Part shown: positions 1 to 9,273 of the stretch, piece by piece
Layout: every line of letters starts with the position of its first letter
How positions within the stretch are numbered: the stretch's first letter is position 1
Origin: Myxococcales bacterium
GTDB lineage: Bacteria; Myxococcota; Myxococcia; Myxococcales; 40CM-4-68-19
Length of the DNA: 51,081 bases
Reading direction: 5' to 3'
Assembly: GCA_036393595.1 (NCBI GenBank)
Contig: DASWGQ010000053.1
Span: 1 to 51,081, forward strand
Program-made: the position numbers and the translations under genes
The notes under the pieces: model-generated
What the model was told of the DNA's origin: nothing
What the model saw: the letters and a program-made list of their open reading frames with translations, nothing else
The model's database searches: none

Positions 1-875
1 CCCTGCAGCTTGAGCAGGTGGTTGCGGGCGGCGACCTCGACGATGGTGGTGAGGTTGCGGCCGGGGCGGACCGGCACGACGAGCAGCGGCACCTCGGTGT
101 CGAGCATGCTGTACTTCTGCTCCTCGACGCCCAGGCGGTCGTACTCCACCCGGTCGTCCCACTCGACCAGCTCCACCACCATCTCGACCTTCTTGCGGTC
201 GCGCACCGCCGACACGCCGAACAGGTCCTTGATGTTGATGATGCCGATCCCGCGGATCTCCATGTGGTGCTTGATGATGTCCGAGCCGCTCCCGTACACC
301 GAGCCGCCCTGCTTCTTCTTCAGATCCACGATGTCGTCGGCGACCAGGCGGTGGCCGCGCGTGACCAGGTCGAGCGCCAACTCGCTCTTGCCGATGCCGC
401 TCTTCCCCAGGATGAGGACGCCGACGCCGATCACGTCGATGAGGACGCCGTGCACCGAGGTGCTGGCGGTGAGCGCCTCCTGCAGGAACTGCTCGATGTT
501 GTCGATGAAGGTGCTGGAGAGGTGGCTGGTGCGCATGAGCGGCACGCGGGCGTCGTTCGCCTCGCGCTTGATCATGTCGTCGACGGGCAGGTTCTTGGTC
601 ACCACCAGGCAGGCGACGGGCAGCCGGAACAGGCCGCGCATGCGGGCCTGCGCCTCGCCCGGCTTGAGCGTGGCCAGATAGCTCATCTCGGTGTTGCCGA
701 AGACTTGAAGACGGTCCTTGTGGATGTGCTCGGTGAAGCCGCTCAGCGCCAGCCCGGGCTTCTGGATGCGCGAGCTGACCACGCGCCGGTCGAGACCTCC
801 TTCGCCGGCGAGCAGCTCGAGGCGGAGGTCGAAATCCTGGTCCTTGAGCAGCGTCTCGACCTTGATGGAGTCCAT
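1..875 (-). CDS. hprK: HPr kinase/phosphorylase. The 3' end of the gene runs off the window start; about 291 N-terminal residues are present.
   Basis: Absent from the ORF track because it is open at the window edge. My reverse-strand translation from the ATG (complement of 873-875) reads MDSIKVETLLKDQDFDLRLELLAGEGG...SVHGVLIDVIGVGVLILGKSGIGKSELALDLVTRGHRLVADD...HHMEIRGIGIINIKDLFG...AARNHLLKLQG. This includes the HprK P-loop GKSGIGKSE and the EIRGIGIINI signature. The listed + ORFs 10..681 and 18..1160 are its antisense artefacts. Confidence 0.85.
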   Translation of the reverse strand, partial: MDSIKVETLLKDQDFDLRLELLAGEGGLDRRVVSSRIQKPGLALSGFTEHIHKDRLQVFGNTEMSYLATLKPGEAQARMRGLFRLPVACLVVTKNLPVDDMIKREANDARVPLMRTSHLSSTFIDNIEQFLQEALTASTSVHGVLIDVIGVGVLILGKSGIGKSELALDLVTRGHRLVADDIVDLKKKQGGSVYGSGSDIIKHHMEIRGIGIINIKDLFGVSAVRDRKKVEMVVELVEWDDRVEYDRLGVEEQKYSMLDTEVPLLVVPVRPGRNLTTIVEVAARNHLLKLQ

Positions 876-922
876 CGAGAGTCAGACTATAACAGCGCCT
901 CCTTCCAGACGAGGAAACGCCC

Positions 923-3046
923 GTGCCGGATTACCGCCCCGTTCTGCTCGCCTTCGCGCTCGCCGCCTGCGCCTCGGCGCCCCAGCCGCGCACCGCTGAT
1001 CAAGCCGCCGCCCCGCAGCCGCCGGTCGCGCGGAAGGAGCCGCACGTCACCCGGATCAACGGCGACACACTGCGCGACGACTACTTCTGGCTCCGCAACA
1101 AGGGGACGCCGGAAGTGGAGTCGTACCTGCGCGCCGAGGCGGCGTACGCGGAAGCGATGATGAAGCCCACCGAGGAGCTGCAGAAGAAGCTCTACGGCGA
1201 GATGCTCTCCCGCATCCAGGAGGACGACTCGACGGCGCCGGTGCGGATCGGCCCGCACTGGTACTACCAGCGGACGGAGAAGGGGAAGCAGTACCCGATC
1301 CTGTGCCGCAGACCGGCGCCGGACGGCGCGGAGCAGGTCGTCCTGGACCTCAACGCGCTGGCCGCGGGGAAGAAGTTCCTCGGCCTGGGCGCGTGGGAGG
1401 TGAGCGACGACGGGAACCGGGTCGCGTACACGACCGACGAGACGGGCTTCCGGCAGTTCGACCTGCACGTGCGCGACCTGCGCAGCGGCAAAGGCGGGCC
1501 GGAGAAGATCGCGCGGGTGGATTCGGTGGCCTGGAGCCGCGACGGCAAGGTGCTCTTCTACGTGGTGGAGGACGAGCAGGAGAAGCGGCCGTACCAGCTC
1601 TGGCGGCACGTGGTCGGAGAGGGCGGCAAGGACGAGCTGGTCTACGAGGAGAAGGACCACGCCTTCAACCTCGAGGTCGACCGGTCGCGCTCGAAGGACT
1701 TCGTCTTCCTGACCTCAGGGAGCCATACGACCAGCGAGGTGCGCTTCTTCGGGGCCAGCGACCCGAACGCGGCGCTGGTGCTGGTGCAGCCCCGCGAGCC
1801 CGGGCACGAGTACTACGCCGACGCGCGCGGCGGGACCCTCTACATCCGCACCAACTCCGGCGGCCGGAACTTCCGCCTGGTCACCGCGCCGGTCTGGGCC
1901 CCCCGCAAGGAGAACTGGACCGAGCTGGTCCCGCACCGCGACGACGTCATGTTGGAGGACGTGGAGGTCTTCCGCGATTTCGTCGCGCTGCACGAGCGCG
2001 AGGGCGGTCTGCCGCAGATCGCCTTCCTCGATCCGGCGACGGGCGCGCGCCGGCGCGTGCAATTCCCCGAGGCGGACTACGACGTCTCGCCGGACAGGAA
2101 CCCGGAGTACGACCAGAAGGAGCTTCGCGTCGTCTACCAGAGCCCGGTGACTCCGCAGAGCTGGCTGGACGTGGACGCGGACTCGCTCGGGCAGCGAGTC
2201 GTGAAGCGGCAGCCGGTGCCCGACTACGACCCGTCACGCTACGAAGTCGAGCGCGTCTGGGCCTCCGCTGCCGACGGCACGAAGGTCCCCATCGCGGTGC
2301 TGCACAAGAAGGGCGTAGCGCGCGACGGCAAGAGCCCGCTGCTGCTCTACGGATACGGCTCGTACGGCGCGAACATCCCGGACCGGTTCAACTCGAACGT
2401 CTTCTCGGTCGTCGACCGCGGCGTCACCTATGCCGTGGCGCACATCCGCGGCGGCGGCGAGCTGGGCAAGAAGTGGCACGACCAGGGCCGCATGATGAAC
2501 AAGATGAATACCTTCACGGACTTCATCTCCTCGGCCGAGCACCTCGTCGCGCAGGGCTACACCTCGAAGGATCGCCTGGCCATCATGGGCGGCAGCGCCG
2601 GCGGCCTCTTGATGGGCGCGGTCACCAACCTGCGCCCCGAGCTGTTCCACGCGGTAGTCACGTACGTTCCCTTCGTCGACGTGATCAACACCATGCTGGA
2701 CGAATCCCTCCCCCTGACCGTCGGCGAGTTCGAGGAGTGGGGCAATCCGAAGAAGCCGGACGAGTACCGCTACCTGAAGCAGTACAGCCCCTACGACAAC
2801 GTGACCGCGAGGTCGTACCCGACCATGCTGGTCCGCTCCTCGTACAACGACTCCCAGGTGATGTACTGGGAGCCCGCCAAGTACGTCGCGAAGCTGCGCT
2901 CGCTGAAGACCGACTCGAATCCGCTGCTCTTCAAGATCAACATGGACCCTGCGGGCCACGGCGGCGCCTCCGGCCGCTACGACCGCCTCAAGGACGTCGC
3001 CTACGACTACGCCTTCGTGGTCCGCGAGCTCACTGCCCCGCGGTGA
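923..3046 (+). CDS. ptrB: Oligopeptidase B / prolyl oligopeptidase family serine protease (S9A), predicted lipoprotein
   Basis: 707-aa ORF with a GTG start preceded by GAGGAA (911-916). The N-terminus PVLLAFALAAC is lipobox-like. It has an N-terminal beta-propeller-like region and a C-terminal catalytic domain with the nucleophile elbow GGSAGGLLMG. Overall it resembles protease II. Confidence 0.85.
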   Translation: MPDYRPVLLAFALAACASAPQPRTADQAAAPQPPVARKEPHVTRINGDTLRDDYFWLRNKGTPEVESYLRAEAAYAEAMMKPTEELQKKLYGEMLSRIQEDDSTAPVRIGPHWYYQRTEKGKQYPILCRRPAPDGAEQVVLDLNALAAGKKFLGLGAWEVSDDGNRVAYTTDETGFRQFDLHVRDLRSGKGGPEKIARVDSVAWSRDGKVLFYVVEDEQEKRPYQLWRHVVGEGGKDELVYEEKDHAFNLEVDRSRSKDFVFLTSGSHTTSEVRFFGASDPNAALVLVQPREPGHEYYADARGGTLYIRTNSGGRNFRLVTAPVWAPRKENWTELVPHRDDVMLEDVEVFRDFVALHEREGGLPQIAFLDPATGARRRVQFPEADYDVSPDRNPEYDQKELRVVYQSPVTPQSWLDVDADSLGQRVVKRQPVPDYDPSRYEVERVWASAADGTKVPIAVLHKKGVARDGKSPLLLYGYGSYGANIPDRFNSNVFSVVDRGVTYAVAHIRGGGELGKKWHDQGRMMNKMNTFTDFISSAEHLVAQGYTSKDRLAIMGGSAGGLLMGAVTNLRPELFHAVVTYVPFVDVINTMLDESLPLTVGEFEEWGNPKKPDEYRYLKQYSPYDNVTARSYPTMLVRSSYNDSQVMYWEPAKYVAKLRSLKTDSNPLLFKINMDPAGHGGASGRYDRLKDVAYDYAFVVRELTAPR

Positions 3047-3049
3047 CGA

Positions 3050-3508
3050 TCAGTATTTGGAATCCTCGCCGGTGATCAACCCGGCGATCTCGGAACCGGA
3101 CTGCGCCGACATTATCGATTGACGAAACGGCGGCGACTTGAACAGCCGCGAGATCCGCGCCAGCGCCTTGAGGTGGATCCCCGCCGAGTTTTCCGGCGCG
3201 AACAGCAGGAAGAAGAGGTACGTGGGCTTCCCGTCGATCGCGGCGAAGTCCACGCCGCGCTTCGACCGGCCGAAAGCCGCGAGCAGGTTGGGCACTCCGG
3301 GCAACTTGCCGTGAGGGATCGCCACTCCCTCGCCCACGCCGGTGGAGCCGAGCTTCTCGCGTTCCAGCAGGACCTCGGTGAGCCTGCCGGGATCCAGCCC
3401 GTGCGCGCGGGCGAGCGGGGTGCACAGCTCGCGCAGGACGCCCGCCTTGTCGGTCGCTTGCAGGTCGGGGAGGATCAGATCCTCGCGCAGGAACTCGGCG
3501 ATCTTCAT
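3050..3508 (-). CDS. ptsN: PTS IIA-like nitrogen regulatory protein (EIIA-Ntr)
   Basis: The internal ATG at 3508 of ORF 3050..3973 gives 152 aa: MKIAEFLREDLILPDLQATDKAGVLRELC...GVGEGVAIPHGKL (phosphorylatable His context). It sits in the canonical position downstream of rpoN-hpf. The upstream part of the 307-aa ORF is Arg/Pro-rich junk. Confidence 0.85.
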   Translation of the reverse strand: MKIAEFLREDLILPDLQATDKAGVLRELCTPLARAHGLDPGRLTEVLLEREKLGSTGVGEGVAIPHGKLPGVPNLLAAFGRSKRGVDFAAIDGKPTYLFFLLFAPENSAGIHLKALARISRLFKSPPFRQSIMSAQSGSEIAGLITGEDSKY

Positions 3509-3582
3509 CGCGGTCGAGCCTACACCCGGACCCGTGCGCGCGGCCAGAATGCGCGCACGGTGGGTGAAGCTGGCGAGCCGTC

Positions 3583-4206
3583 CTACTTCGCCAGCGCGGC
3601 CGCGATGGGCGGCTGGGCGCCCGCCGGGGCGCCGCCTGCGGCGCCGACGGCCGTCATCTCCCCGTTGGCCTGGATGAGACCGAAGTTCCCGTCCCGCCGC
3701 CGGTAGACGACGTTCACGTCCCGCGAGTCGGGGCGCGTGAAGACGAGGAAGTCGTTGTTCATCAGGTCCATCTGCATGAGCGCCTCTTCCACGCTCATCG
3801 GCTTGGCCAAAAACTCGTTCGACCTCACCACCTCGGGGGGCAGGCCCTCGGTCGGAGAGGCCGCGAAGATCTCGTAGCGCACCCGCACCGGCTCGCGTGC
3901 GTGCACATGTGCGGGCCGGTGGTTCTTCAGCCGGTCCTTGTACTTCTTGAGCTGCCTCTCGATCTTGTCGCACGCCAGGTCGATCGAGGCGTACATGTCC
4001 TCCGACTTCTCCTTGCCCCGCACGTGGAACGTGCCCGCGTGCAGGTTGATGTCCGCATGATGCAGGTACCTCTCGAGCGAGAGCGTGACGTGGGCCTCGG
4101 TCACCTTGTCCAGGTACTTGTCGACCACCTTGCTCAACTTGTCGGTGACGTGGTTTCGCAGGGCGTCGGTGGCGAACATGTTCCTGAAGGTGATGTTGAC
4201 CTGCAT
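3583..4206 (-). CDS. hpf: Ribosome hibernation promoting factor, long form (sigma-54 modulation protein family)
   Basis: The internal ATG at 4206 of ORF 3583..5133 gives 207 aa: MQVNITFRNMFATDALRNHVTDKLSKV...; the C-terminal dimerisation domain reads KPMSVEEALMQMDLMNNDFLVFT...VVYRRRDGNFGLI. It lies immediately downstream of rpoN. Confidence 0.9.
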   Translation of the reverse strand: MQVNITFRNMFATDALRNHVTDKLSKVVDKYLDKVTEAHVTLSLERYLHHADINLHAGTFHVRGKEKSEDMYASIDLACDKIERQLKKYKDRLKNHRPAHVHAREPVRVRYEIFAASPTEGLPPEVVRSNEFLAKPMSVEEALMQMDLMNNDFLVFTRPDSRDVNVVYRRRDGNFGLIQANGEMTAVGAAGGAPAGAQPPIAAALAK

Positions 4207-4271
4207 GCGTAGTACCTCCGGCGGGCGTGGCCCGTTCCGGGTTCGAGGGAAGCAGGACCCTGGATGGATGC

Positions 4272-5951
4272 TTAGAAGAACCGCTTTCGCTTGCTGCTCG
4301 GCAGGATGCCGAGCACCTCCCTGTATTTGGCGACGGTGCGCCGCGCGATGTCCACGTTCTGCGTCCGGAGGATCTCGACGATCTTCTGGTCGCTGTACGG
4401 CTTGTCGCCCGGCTCCGCAGCGACGATCTGCTTGATCTGGTTCTTCACCGCCTCCGAGGCGATGTCCTCGCCCCCCACCCGCGCGATGGACGAGTTGAAG
4501 AAGAACTTCAGCTCGTAGATGCCCTGCGGGGTGTGCACGTACTTGTTGGTGGTGACGCGCGAGACGGTGCTCTCGTGCATCCCGATGTCCTCGGCCACGT
4601 CGCGCAGGATCAAGGGCCTCAAGAACTGGATGCCCTTGTCCAGGAACTCGCGCTGGAACTTGATGATCGAGTCGGCCACCTTCACGATCGTCCGCTGCCG
4701 CTGGTGGATGGAGCGGATGAGCCACACCGCCGAGCGCAGCTTGTCCTGGATGTACTCCTTCGCCTTGCCGTTGCTGGCCCCGTTCTTCAGCGCCTGCCGG
4801 TAGTGCGCCGAGATGCGCAGCTTGCTCAAGCCGTCGTCGTTGAGGACCGTCACGTACTGATCGCCGATCTTGTGGATGTAGACGTCCGGGGTGATGTACT
4901 GCGGCTCGTCGGTAGCGTAGCGCCGCCCCGGCTTGGGGTCCAGCCGCGAGAGCAGCTTCACCGCCGCCACCACCTCGTCGAGCGGGACGCGCAGGTCCTT
5001 GGCGATGGACTGGTACTTCTTCGTCTCCACGTTCTTCAGGTGCCCGGTGATGATGGCAGGCAGCAGGTCTGCGTCCGGGTCGTCCTTCCCCTCGCCCTCG
5101 GAGAGGAACCAGCGCGCCTGGACCAGCAGGCACTCGCGCAGATCGCGCGCGCCGCAGCCGATCGGCTCGAACCGCTGGATGATCCGCAGCACCTTCTCCG
5201 CGCAGCGCGCCGAGACGCCCGCCTCCAGCGCCAAGGACACCAGCGGGTCGGCCTCGCCGCGCGCCGCCCGCGCCGCCGCGGCCGCCTTCGCCGCCGCCTT
5301 GAGCGCCTTCTCCGCGGTCTGGGCCGCGTCCTCGTCGGAGCTGGTGGCCAGGACGGCCGGGACCTCCACGTCCTCGCGCAGCGCCGGCACGGTCGGCTCC
5401 GCGTCCGGGTCCATCACCAGGTACCCGTCGCGGTTCAGGTTGCCGATGATCAGTCCCCCGAGCCGCCCCTCCTCGGCCGTCAGCCCCGTCATGCGGAGCT
5501 GCTCCATCAGGTGCTCGGTGAGCCCCTCGGCCCGGGTGAGCGTGTCCTGGTAGTTGGGCAGGTCCTCCGCCGACATCCCGCCGCTCGAAGGCGCGGTGTG
5601 CTGCGTCTGGTAGTTGTCGAGGTACTGCTCCCAGTCGATGTCCGCCCGCTGCACGTCGCCGTCGGCCTGCTGCTTGGCGTCGTTCTCGCGGTCGGGCGGC
5701 TTCTCGGGCAAGAGCTCGCTGGCCTCGATCGACTCGTTCAGGGTGGCGGTCAGCTCGGCCGGGGCCTCGTCCAGCTCCGCCTCGGCGCCCTCGGCGGGCT
5801 CCTCCAGGAGCGGGTTCTGCTCCATCTCGGTGCGGATGAGGTCGACGAGCTCGAGCCGCGAGAGCTGCAGCAGCTTGATCGCCTGCTGCAGCTGAGGCGT
5901 CATCACCAGCTGCTGGCTGAGGCGAAGACTCTGCTTGAGCTCCAAAGCCAT
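4272..5951 (-). CDS. rpoN: RNA polymerase sigma-54 factor
   Basis: 559 aa. The N-terminal region I reads MALELKQSLRLSQQLVMTPQLQQAIKLLQLSRLEL, and the C-terminal RpoN box is ARRTVAKYRE. Confidence 0.95.
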   Translation of the reverse strand: MALELKQSLRLSQQLVMTPQLQQAIKLLQLSRLELVDLIRTEMEQNPLLEEPAEGAEAELDEAPAELTATLNESIEASELLPEKPPDRENDAKQQADGDVQRADIDWEQYLDNYQTQHTAPSSGGMSAEDLPNYQDTLTRAEGLTEHLMEQLRMTGLTAEEGRLGGLIIGNLNRDGYLVMDPDAEPTVPALREDVEVPAVLATSSDEDAAQTAEKALKAAAKAAAAARAARGEADPLVSLALEAGVSARCAEKVLRIIQRFEPIGCGARDLRECLLVQARWFLSEGEGKDDPDADLLPAIITGHLKNVETKKYQSIAKDLRVPLDEVVAAVKLLSRLDPKPGRRYATDEPQYITPDVYIHKIGDQYVTVLNDDGLSKLRISAHYRQALKNGASNGKAKEYIQDKLRSAVWLIRSIHQRQRTIVKVADSIIKFQREFLDKGIQFLRPLILRDVAEDIGMHESTVSRVTTNKYVHTPQGIYELKFFFNSSIARVGGEDIASEAVKNQIKQIVAAEPGDKPYSDQKIVEILRTQNVDIARRTVAKYREVLGILPSSKRKRFF

Positions 5952-5967
5952 TTCTATGATCTCCCCT

Positions 5968-6693
5968 TCACTCCAGCTTGAACCGCTCGCCCAGGTACAC
6001 GGCGCGGGCGCGCTCCGAGGCCGCGATCTGCGGCGGCGTGCCCGCTTCCAGCAGGCGCCCCTCCACCAGCAGGACGGCGCGGTCGCAGATGCCCAGCGTC
6101 TCGCGGACCGCGTGATCGCTGATCAAGACGCCCAGCCCCCGGTCGCGCAACTTGCCGATCAATCGCTGCAGCTCGTGGACGGCGATGGGGTCGATCCCGG
6201 CAAACGGCTCGTCGAAGAGAAGGAAGCGCGGCTCGGCGAGCAGCGCCCGGGCGATCTCCGTCCGCCGCCGCTCGCCACCCGAGAGCTGCTCGCCCAGCGA
6301 GTCCGCCACGCGGAGCAGGTCGAACTCGTGCAGCACGTCGTCGGTGCGATCGCGCGCCTCCTGCCCGAGCACGCCGTGTCCCTCGAGGACCAGCAGGAGG
6401 TTCTGGCGGACGGTCAGCTTGCGGAAGATGCTCGGCTCCTGCGGCAGGTACCCGAGCCCCATCCGGGCGCGGCGGTGGAGCGGCAGCCCGGAGAGGTCCT
6501 GGTCGCCCAGGTGCACCTCGCCTTCGTCGGGGTGCAGCAGGCCCACCACGCAGTGGAAACTGGTCGTCTTGCCGGCGCCGTTGGGCCCGAGAAGGCCCAC
6601 CACCTCGCCGGGGTTCACGTCGAAGGAGACGCGGTCCACGACCTTCCGGCCGCGGAAGCTCTTCGACAGCCCACGGGCGTGCAGCGCGCTCAC
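5968..6693 (-). CDS. lptB: LPS export ABC transporter ATP-binding protein
   Basis: 241 aa with a GTG start. It has Walker A GPNGAGKTT, the ABC signature LSGGERRR and Walker B LLFDEP. It sits between lptA and rpoN, and its start overlaps the lptA stop (GTGA at 6690-6693). Confidence 0.9.
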   Translation of the reverse strand: MSALHARGLSKSFRGRKVVDRVSFDVNPGEVVGLLGPNGAGKTTSFHCVVGLLHPDEGEVHLGDQDLSGLPLHRRARMGLGYLPQEPSIFRKLTVRQNLLLVLEGHGVLGQEARDRTDDVLHEFDLLRVADSLGEQLSGGERRRTEIARALLAEPRFLLFDEPFAGIDPIAVHELQRLIGKLRDRGLGVLISDHAVRETLGICDRAVLLVEGRLLEAGTPPQIAASERARAVYLGERFKLE

Positions 6694-7607
6694 GGCTTCA
6701 CCCCGGGTGCCGGCCGCGCCTCGTCCTGGTGCGCCTCGGGCCGGAGCCGGCCGTGGGCGCGCTCGACGCGGACCTCGTGCGAGTCCAGCGCCAGCGCGAT
6801 CCGCTCGCCGACCAGCACGTCGCCGCGGTCGAACACGCGCGGCTCGCCCGTCAGCAGCACCTCGCGCGTGCGCGCGTCGTAGTCGGCGTTCTGCGCCACC
6901 GCGCGGCGTTCGCCCTGCCGCAGCTCGACCCCGCCTCGCAGGTAGAGGTGGGTGAGCTGCCCCGACGAGTCGTAGTGCGCGTCCATGCGCGGGCCGCGGA
7001 CCACCACGTCGCCCCGGCGCACCACCACGTCGTCGGTGAAGCGGGCCAGGCGCTCCGAGCGATCCAGCGACAGCCGCGATGCCTCGACCCGGGTGGGGAG
7101 CTGCGGCGCGTCCTTCTCCTCGGGCACCGAGCGGCGCAGCACGAGCCTGGGCTTCTGCACGTCGACGTCCTCGGTGTCGAGGCGCATGACGATGCGGTCG
7201 CCGGTCAGGGTCTCCGAGCCGTCGCGCAGCACAGGGTCGTCCTTGCCGTCGCCGGTGAGCACCAGCGTCTGGCCCTTGGCGTCGAACACGCCGTGCGCGC
7301 CGTCCGCGGTGCGCGTGCCGCGCTGCACGTGGACGTTCCCGTCGACCGTGAACCTCTCCAGCTTCTGCCCGAGCAGCGGCGGCTCGTCGCGGCCGCGCCG
7401 GCGCGGCTTGCGCTGCGGCTGCTCGTCGGCTGCGAACTCGACCACCGCGCGGTCGCCGGTCACCACCATCCCGTCGCGCGACAGGCGGACCGACCCGTCC
7501 AGCAGCGTGCGCCGCTCGCGGGGTTCCATCCGCATCGTCTGCGCGGTGAAGTCCACCGGACCTGCCGGCGCGGCGGCCGCCGCGAGCGCGGCTGCGAGGG
7601 CGATCAT
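6690..7607 (-). CDS. lptA: LptA/OstA-N-domain periplasmic LPS transport protein (long, ~305 aa)
   Basis: The internal ATG at 7607 of ORF 6690..8261 gives MIALAAALAAAAAPAGPVDFTAQTMRMEP... (signal peptide), followed by repeated OstA-like beta-jellyroll strings (GDRAVVEF..., VVRRGDVVVRGPRMDAHYD..., AQNADYDARTREVLLTGEPRVFD). It lies between lptC-like and lptB. The call rests on context plus motif-level similarity only. Confidence 0.65.
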   Translation of the reverse strand: MIALAAALAAAAAPAGPVDFTAQTMRMEPRERRTLLDGSVRLSRDGMVVTGDRAVVEFAADEQPQRKPRRRGRDEPPLLGQKLERFTVDGNVHVQRGTRTADGAHGVFDAKGQTLVLTGDGKDDPVLRDGSETLTGDRIVMRLDTEDVDVQKPRLVLRRSVPEEKDAPQLPTRVEASRLSLDRSERLARFTDDVVVRRGDVVVRGPRMDAHYDSSGQLTHLYLRGGVELRQGERRAVAQNADYDARTREVLLTGEPRVFDRGDVLVGERIALALDSHEVRVERAHGRLRPEAHQDEARPAPGVKP

Positions 7608-8248
7608 CGGGGCTCCGACGGCTTGCGGTTTGCGGTTCGCGGCTTGCGGCTCGCCGATTGCCGGCTCGCGGGGAACTGCGCGGTCGGATCGCCGGTCGGC
7701 TGGAGCGTGCCGACCACGCCGCCGGTCAGGGTGACGTCGCTTCCGTCGGCGCGAGCGGAGAAACCCTGCGAGCGGACCGCATATCCGGGGCCCTGCGCGT
7801 CGACGGCGCGATCGCCGCTGAGCCGGTCCGCGGCGCCGTCCCAGAAGAGACGCTCGGTGGTTCCTTGATCGCCGCGCGCGGCGCGGAACGTCACGCCGCC
7901 CGAGGCACTCCCGCGCTTGTTTCCGAGGTCGCCATCGACCCGCGGCGCGGTGAGCAGCACCTCGCCGAACATCGCGTAGCCCATGCCCGCCTCGGGGTAC
8001 AGGCTCGCCACCGCGACTCGACCGTCCAGCCGCCCGCCCGCCCGGCGATACGCAACCTCGCGTGCGGTGCCTCGCGCGGCCACCCGGCCGTCGGATAGTC
8101 GGGCGAACGCCACCCCATGCAAGGTGAGGTCCGGCGCTCCGAGGGGTGGGGAATGATCCGACAGGTCCTGCAAGGGAGCCGGTGCCCCGCAGCCCAGGAG
8201 GAGCGCTGCAGCGGCACCGGGGATGACGAACTGGCTCCACATTTGCAA
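7604..8248 (-). CDS. LptC-like lipoprotein (LPS export system component, putative)
   Basis: 214 aa, with a TTG start at 8248 or an ATG at 8242. The lipobox reads AAAALLLGC. The body is beta-rich, and the stop overlaps the lptA start by 4 nt. The assignment is mainly positional (upstream of lptA-lptB). Confidence 0.5.
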   Translation of the reverse strand: MQMWSQFVIPGAAAALLLGCGAPAPLQDLSDHSPPLGAPDLTLHGVAFARLSDGRVAARGTAREVAYRRAGGRLDGRVAVASLYPEAGMGYAMFGEVLLTAPRVDGDLGNKRGSASGGVTFRAARGDQGTTERLFWDGAADRLSGDRAVDAQGPGYAVRSQGFSARADGSDVTLTGGVVGTLQPTGDPTAQFPASRQSASRKPRTANRKPSEPR

Positions 8249-8322
8249 GGAACACTAGCACCCCGACCCGCCGGTGTCGAGGTCCGAGGCCGCGCTCCGG
8301 TTACATAAAATCAGTCAAGAGT

Positions 8323-9273
8323 TCAACGGATTGAACCCGGTCGTGTGCGCCACCGCGCATGCATCCACACCCACTGATCCGGGCAGGCGCGGACCTCCTC
8401 CTCGATGGCCGCGCTCGCCGCCGCCGTGAGCGCGCGCGAGTCGGCCTCCCGGTCCCCCGAGGCGGGCACGACGAGGCGCGAGATCCGGATCCGATGCACG
8501 CCCGGGGCCACCCGGCGGATTCGAGCGAACACGACGGCCGCGCCCATTCGCAGAGCGAAGTCCGCGGGTGCGCGTGGAGTGAATGCTTCCCTCCCGAAGA
8601 ACGGAACGAAATGACCGGTGACTTCCGTGTCCTGATCGATGAGCGCCGCGACCACGCCGCCTTTGCGCAGGTGGCGGATGAACCCGCGCGCGGCGCCGGG
8701 ATGGTTGCGCCACAGGCTGACGATCCCGGTCGAGCCGCGCGACTTCTCCAGCAGCGCCGTCAGCCGCGGATCCTGCGCCTCGCGCGCGACCGTCGCGACG
8801 GGCAGGCCCTCCCCGGCCACGCGCCGGGCGAGGAGCTCCCAGTTGTCGAGGTGGCAGGAGATGACCACCACGCCGCGCCCTTCGGCGTGCGCGGCGGTCA
8901 TCGTTTCGAGCGAACCCGGATCGAAGTGAACGGCGCGCGCCAGATCGAAGCGCTGCGTCGCCACCAGTTCGAGCGCCGAGCGGCCCAGGTTGGCGAACGA
9001 GGCGCGCCCGATCCGAGCGCGCCAGCCGCGGTCGCGATCGGGAAAAGCGATCGCCAGGTGCTCGAGCGCGGCGCGCCGGTGTCGCGGAGCGACGAACCAA
9101 GCGAGCCATCCGCAGGCGGCGCCCAGCGCGAGCGCCACCCGGCGAGGCAGCCGCGAGAGCACCGGCAGCAGCAGGAGCAGCGCACGCACCCGCAGCTCGC
9201 GGCGCATGCGCTTGCCGAGGGGCGCCGTGCGCGGAGCGGGCCGAGCGGCGGTCTGGGGCGCGGCGGGGCTCAT
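8323..9273 (-). CDS. Lipid A biosynthesis (Kdo2-lipid IVA) late acyltransferase, LpxL/HtrB family
   Basis: The start is taken at ATG 9273 (MSPAAPQ...), which overlaps the kdsC stop as ATGA. It has an N-terminal membrane anchor LLLLLPVLSRL and the acyltransferase HX4D/E-type motif CHLDNWE. Confidence 0.75.
   Translation of the reverse strand: MSPAAPQTAARPAPRTAPLGKRMRRELRVRALLLLLPVLSRLPRRVALALGAACGWLAWFVAPRHRRAALEHLAIAFPDRDRGWRARIGRASFANLGRSALELVATQRFDLARAVHFDPGSLETMTAAHAEGRGVVVISCHLDNWELLARRVAGEGLPVATVAREAQDPRLTALLEKSRGSTGIVSLWRNHPGAARGFIRHLRKGGVVAALIDQDTEVTGHFVPFFGREAFTPRAPADFALRMGAAVVFARIRRVAPGVHRIRISRLVVPASGDREADSRALTAAASAAIEEEVRACPDQWVWMHARWRTRPGSIR

Noticed and set aside
923-3052. Oligopeptidase B inserted in the opposite orientation between hprK and ptsN, with only 3 nt between the convergent stop codons (3046/3050).
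   Set aside because: This is an unusual interruption of the rpoN-hpf-ptsN-hprK neighbourhood. However, the gene has native composition and no mobile-element hallmarks, and there is nothing further to test beyond synteny comparison.
3583-5133. Long N-terminal extensions of real genes as listed in the track (hpf 516 aa, ptsN 307 aa, lptA 523 aa, kdsA 879 aa, pyrG 934 aa, glmU 636 aa, DUF4175-like from 48124, and others).
   Set aside because: The extensions overlap the upstream gene in another frame, are low-complexity, and lack the family's conserved N-terminus. Internal starts reproduce canonical N-termini and often create 4-nt stop/start overlaps.
8232-8247. A near-perfect sigma-54 -24/-12 match (TGGCTC-CACAT-TTGCA) on the + strand.
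   Set aside because: It coincides with the start codon region of the minus-strand lptC-like gene (TTG-CAA-ATG-TGG-AGC-CAG). It points into the 3' end of the convergent acyltransferase gene, with no + strand gene downstream. It is most simply a coding-sequence coincidence. It could at most drive an antisense RNA, for which I have no evidence.
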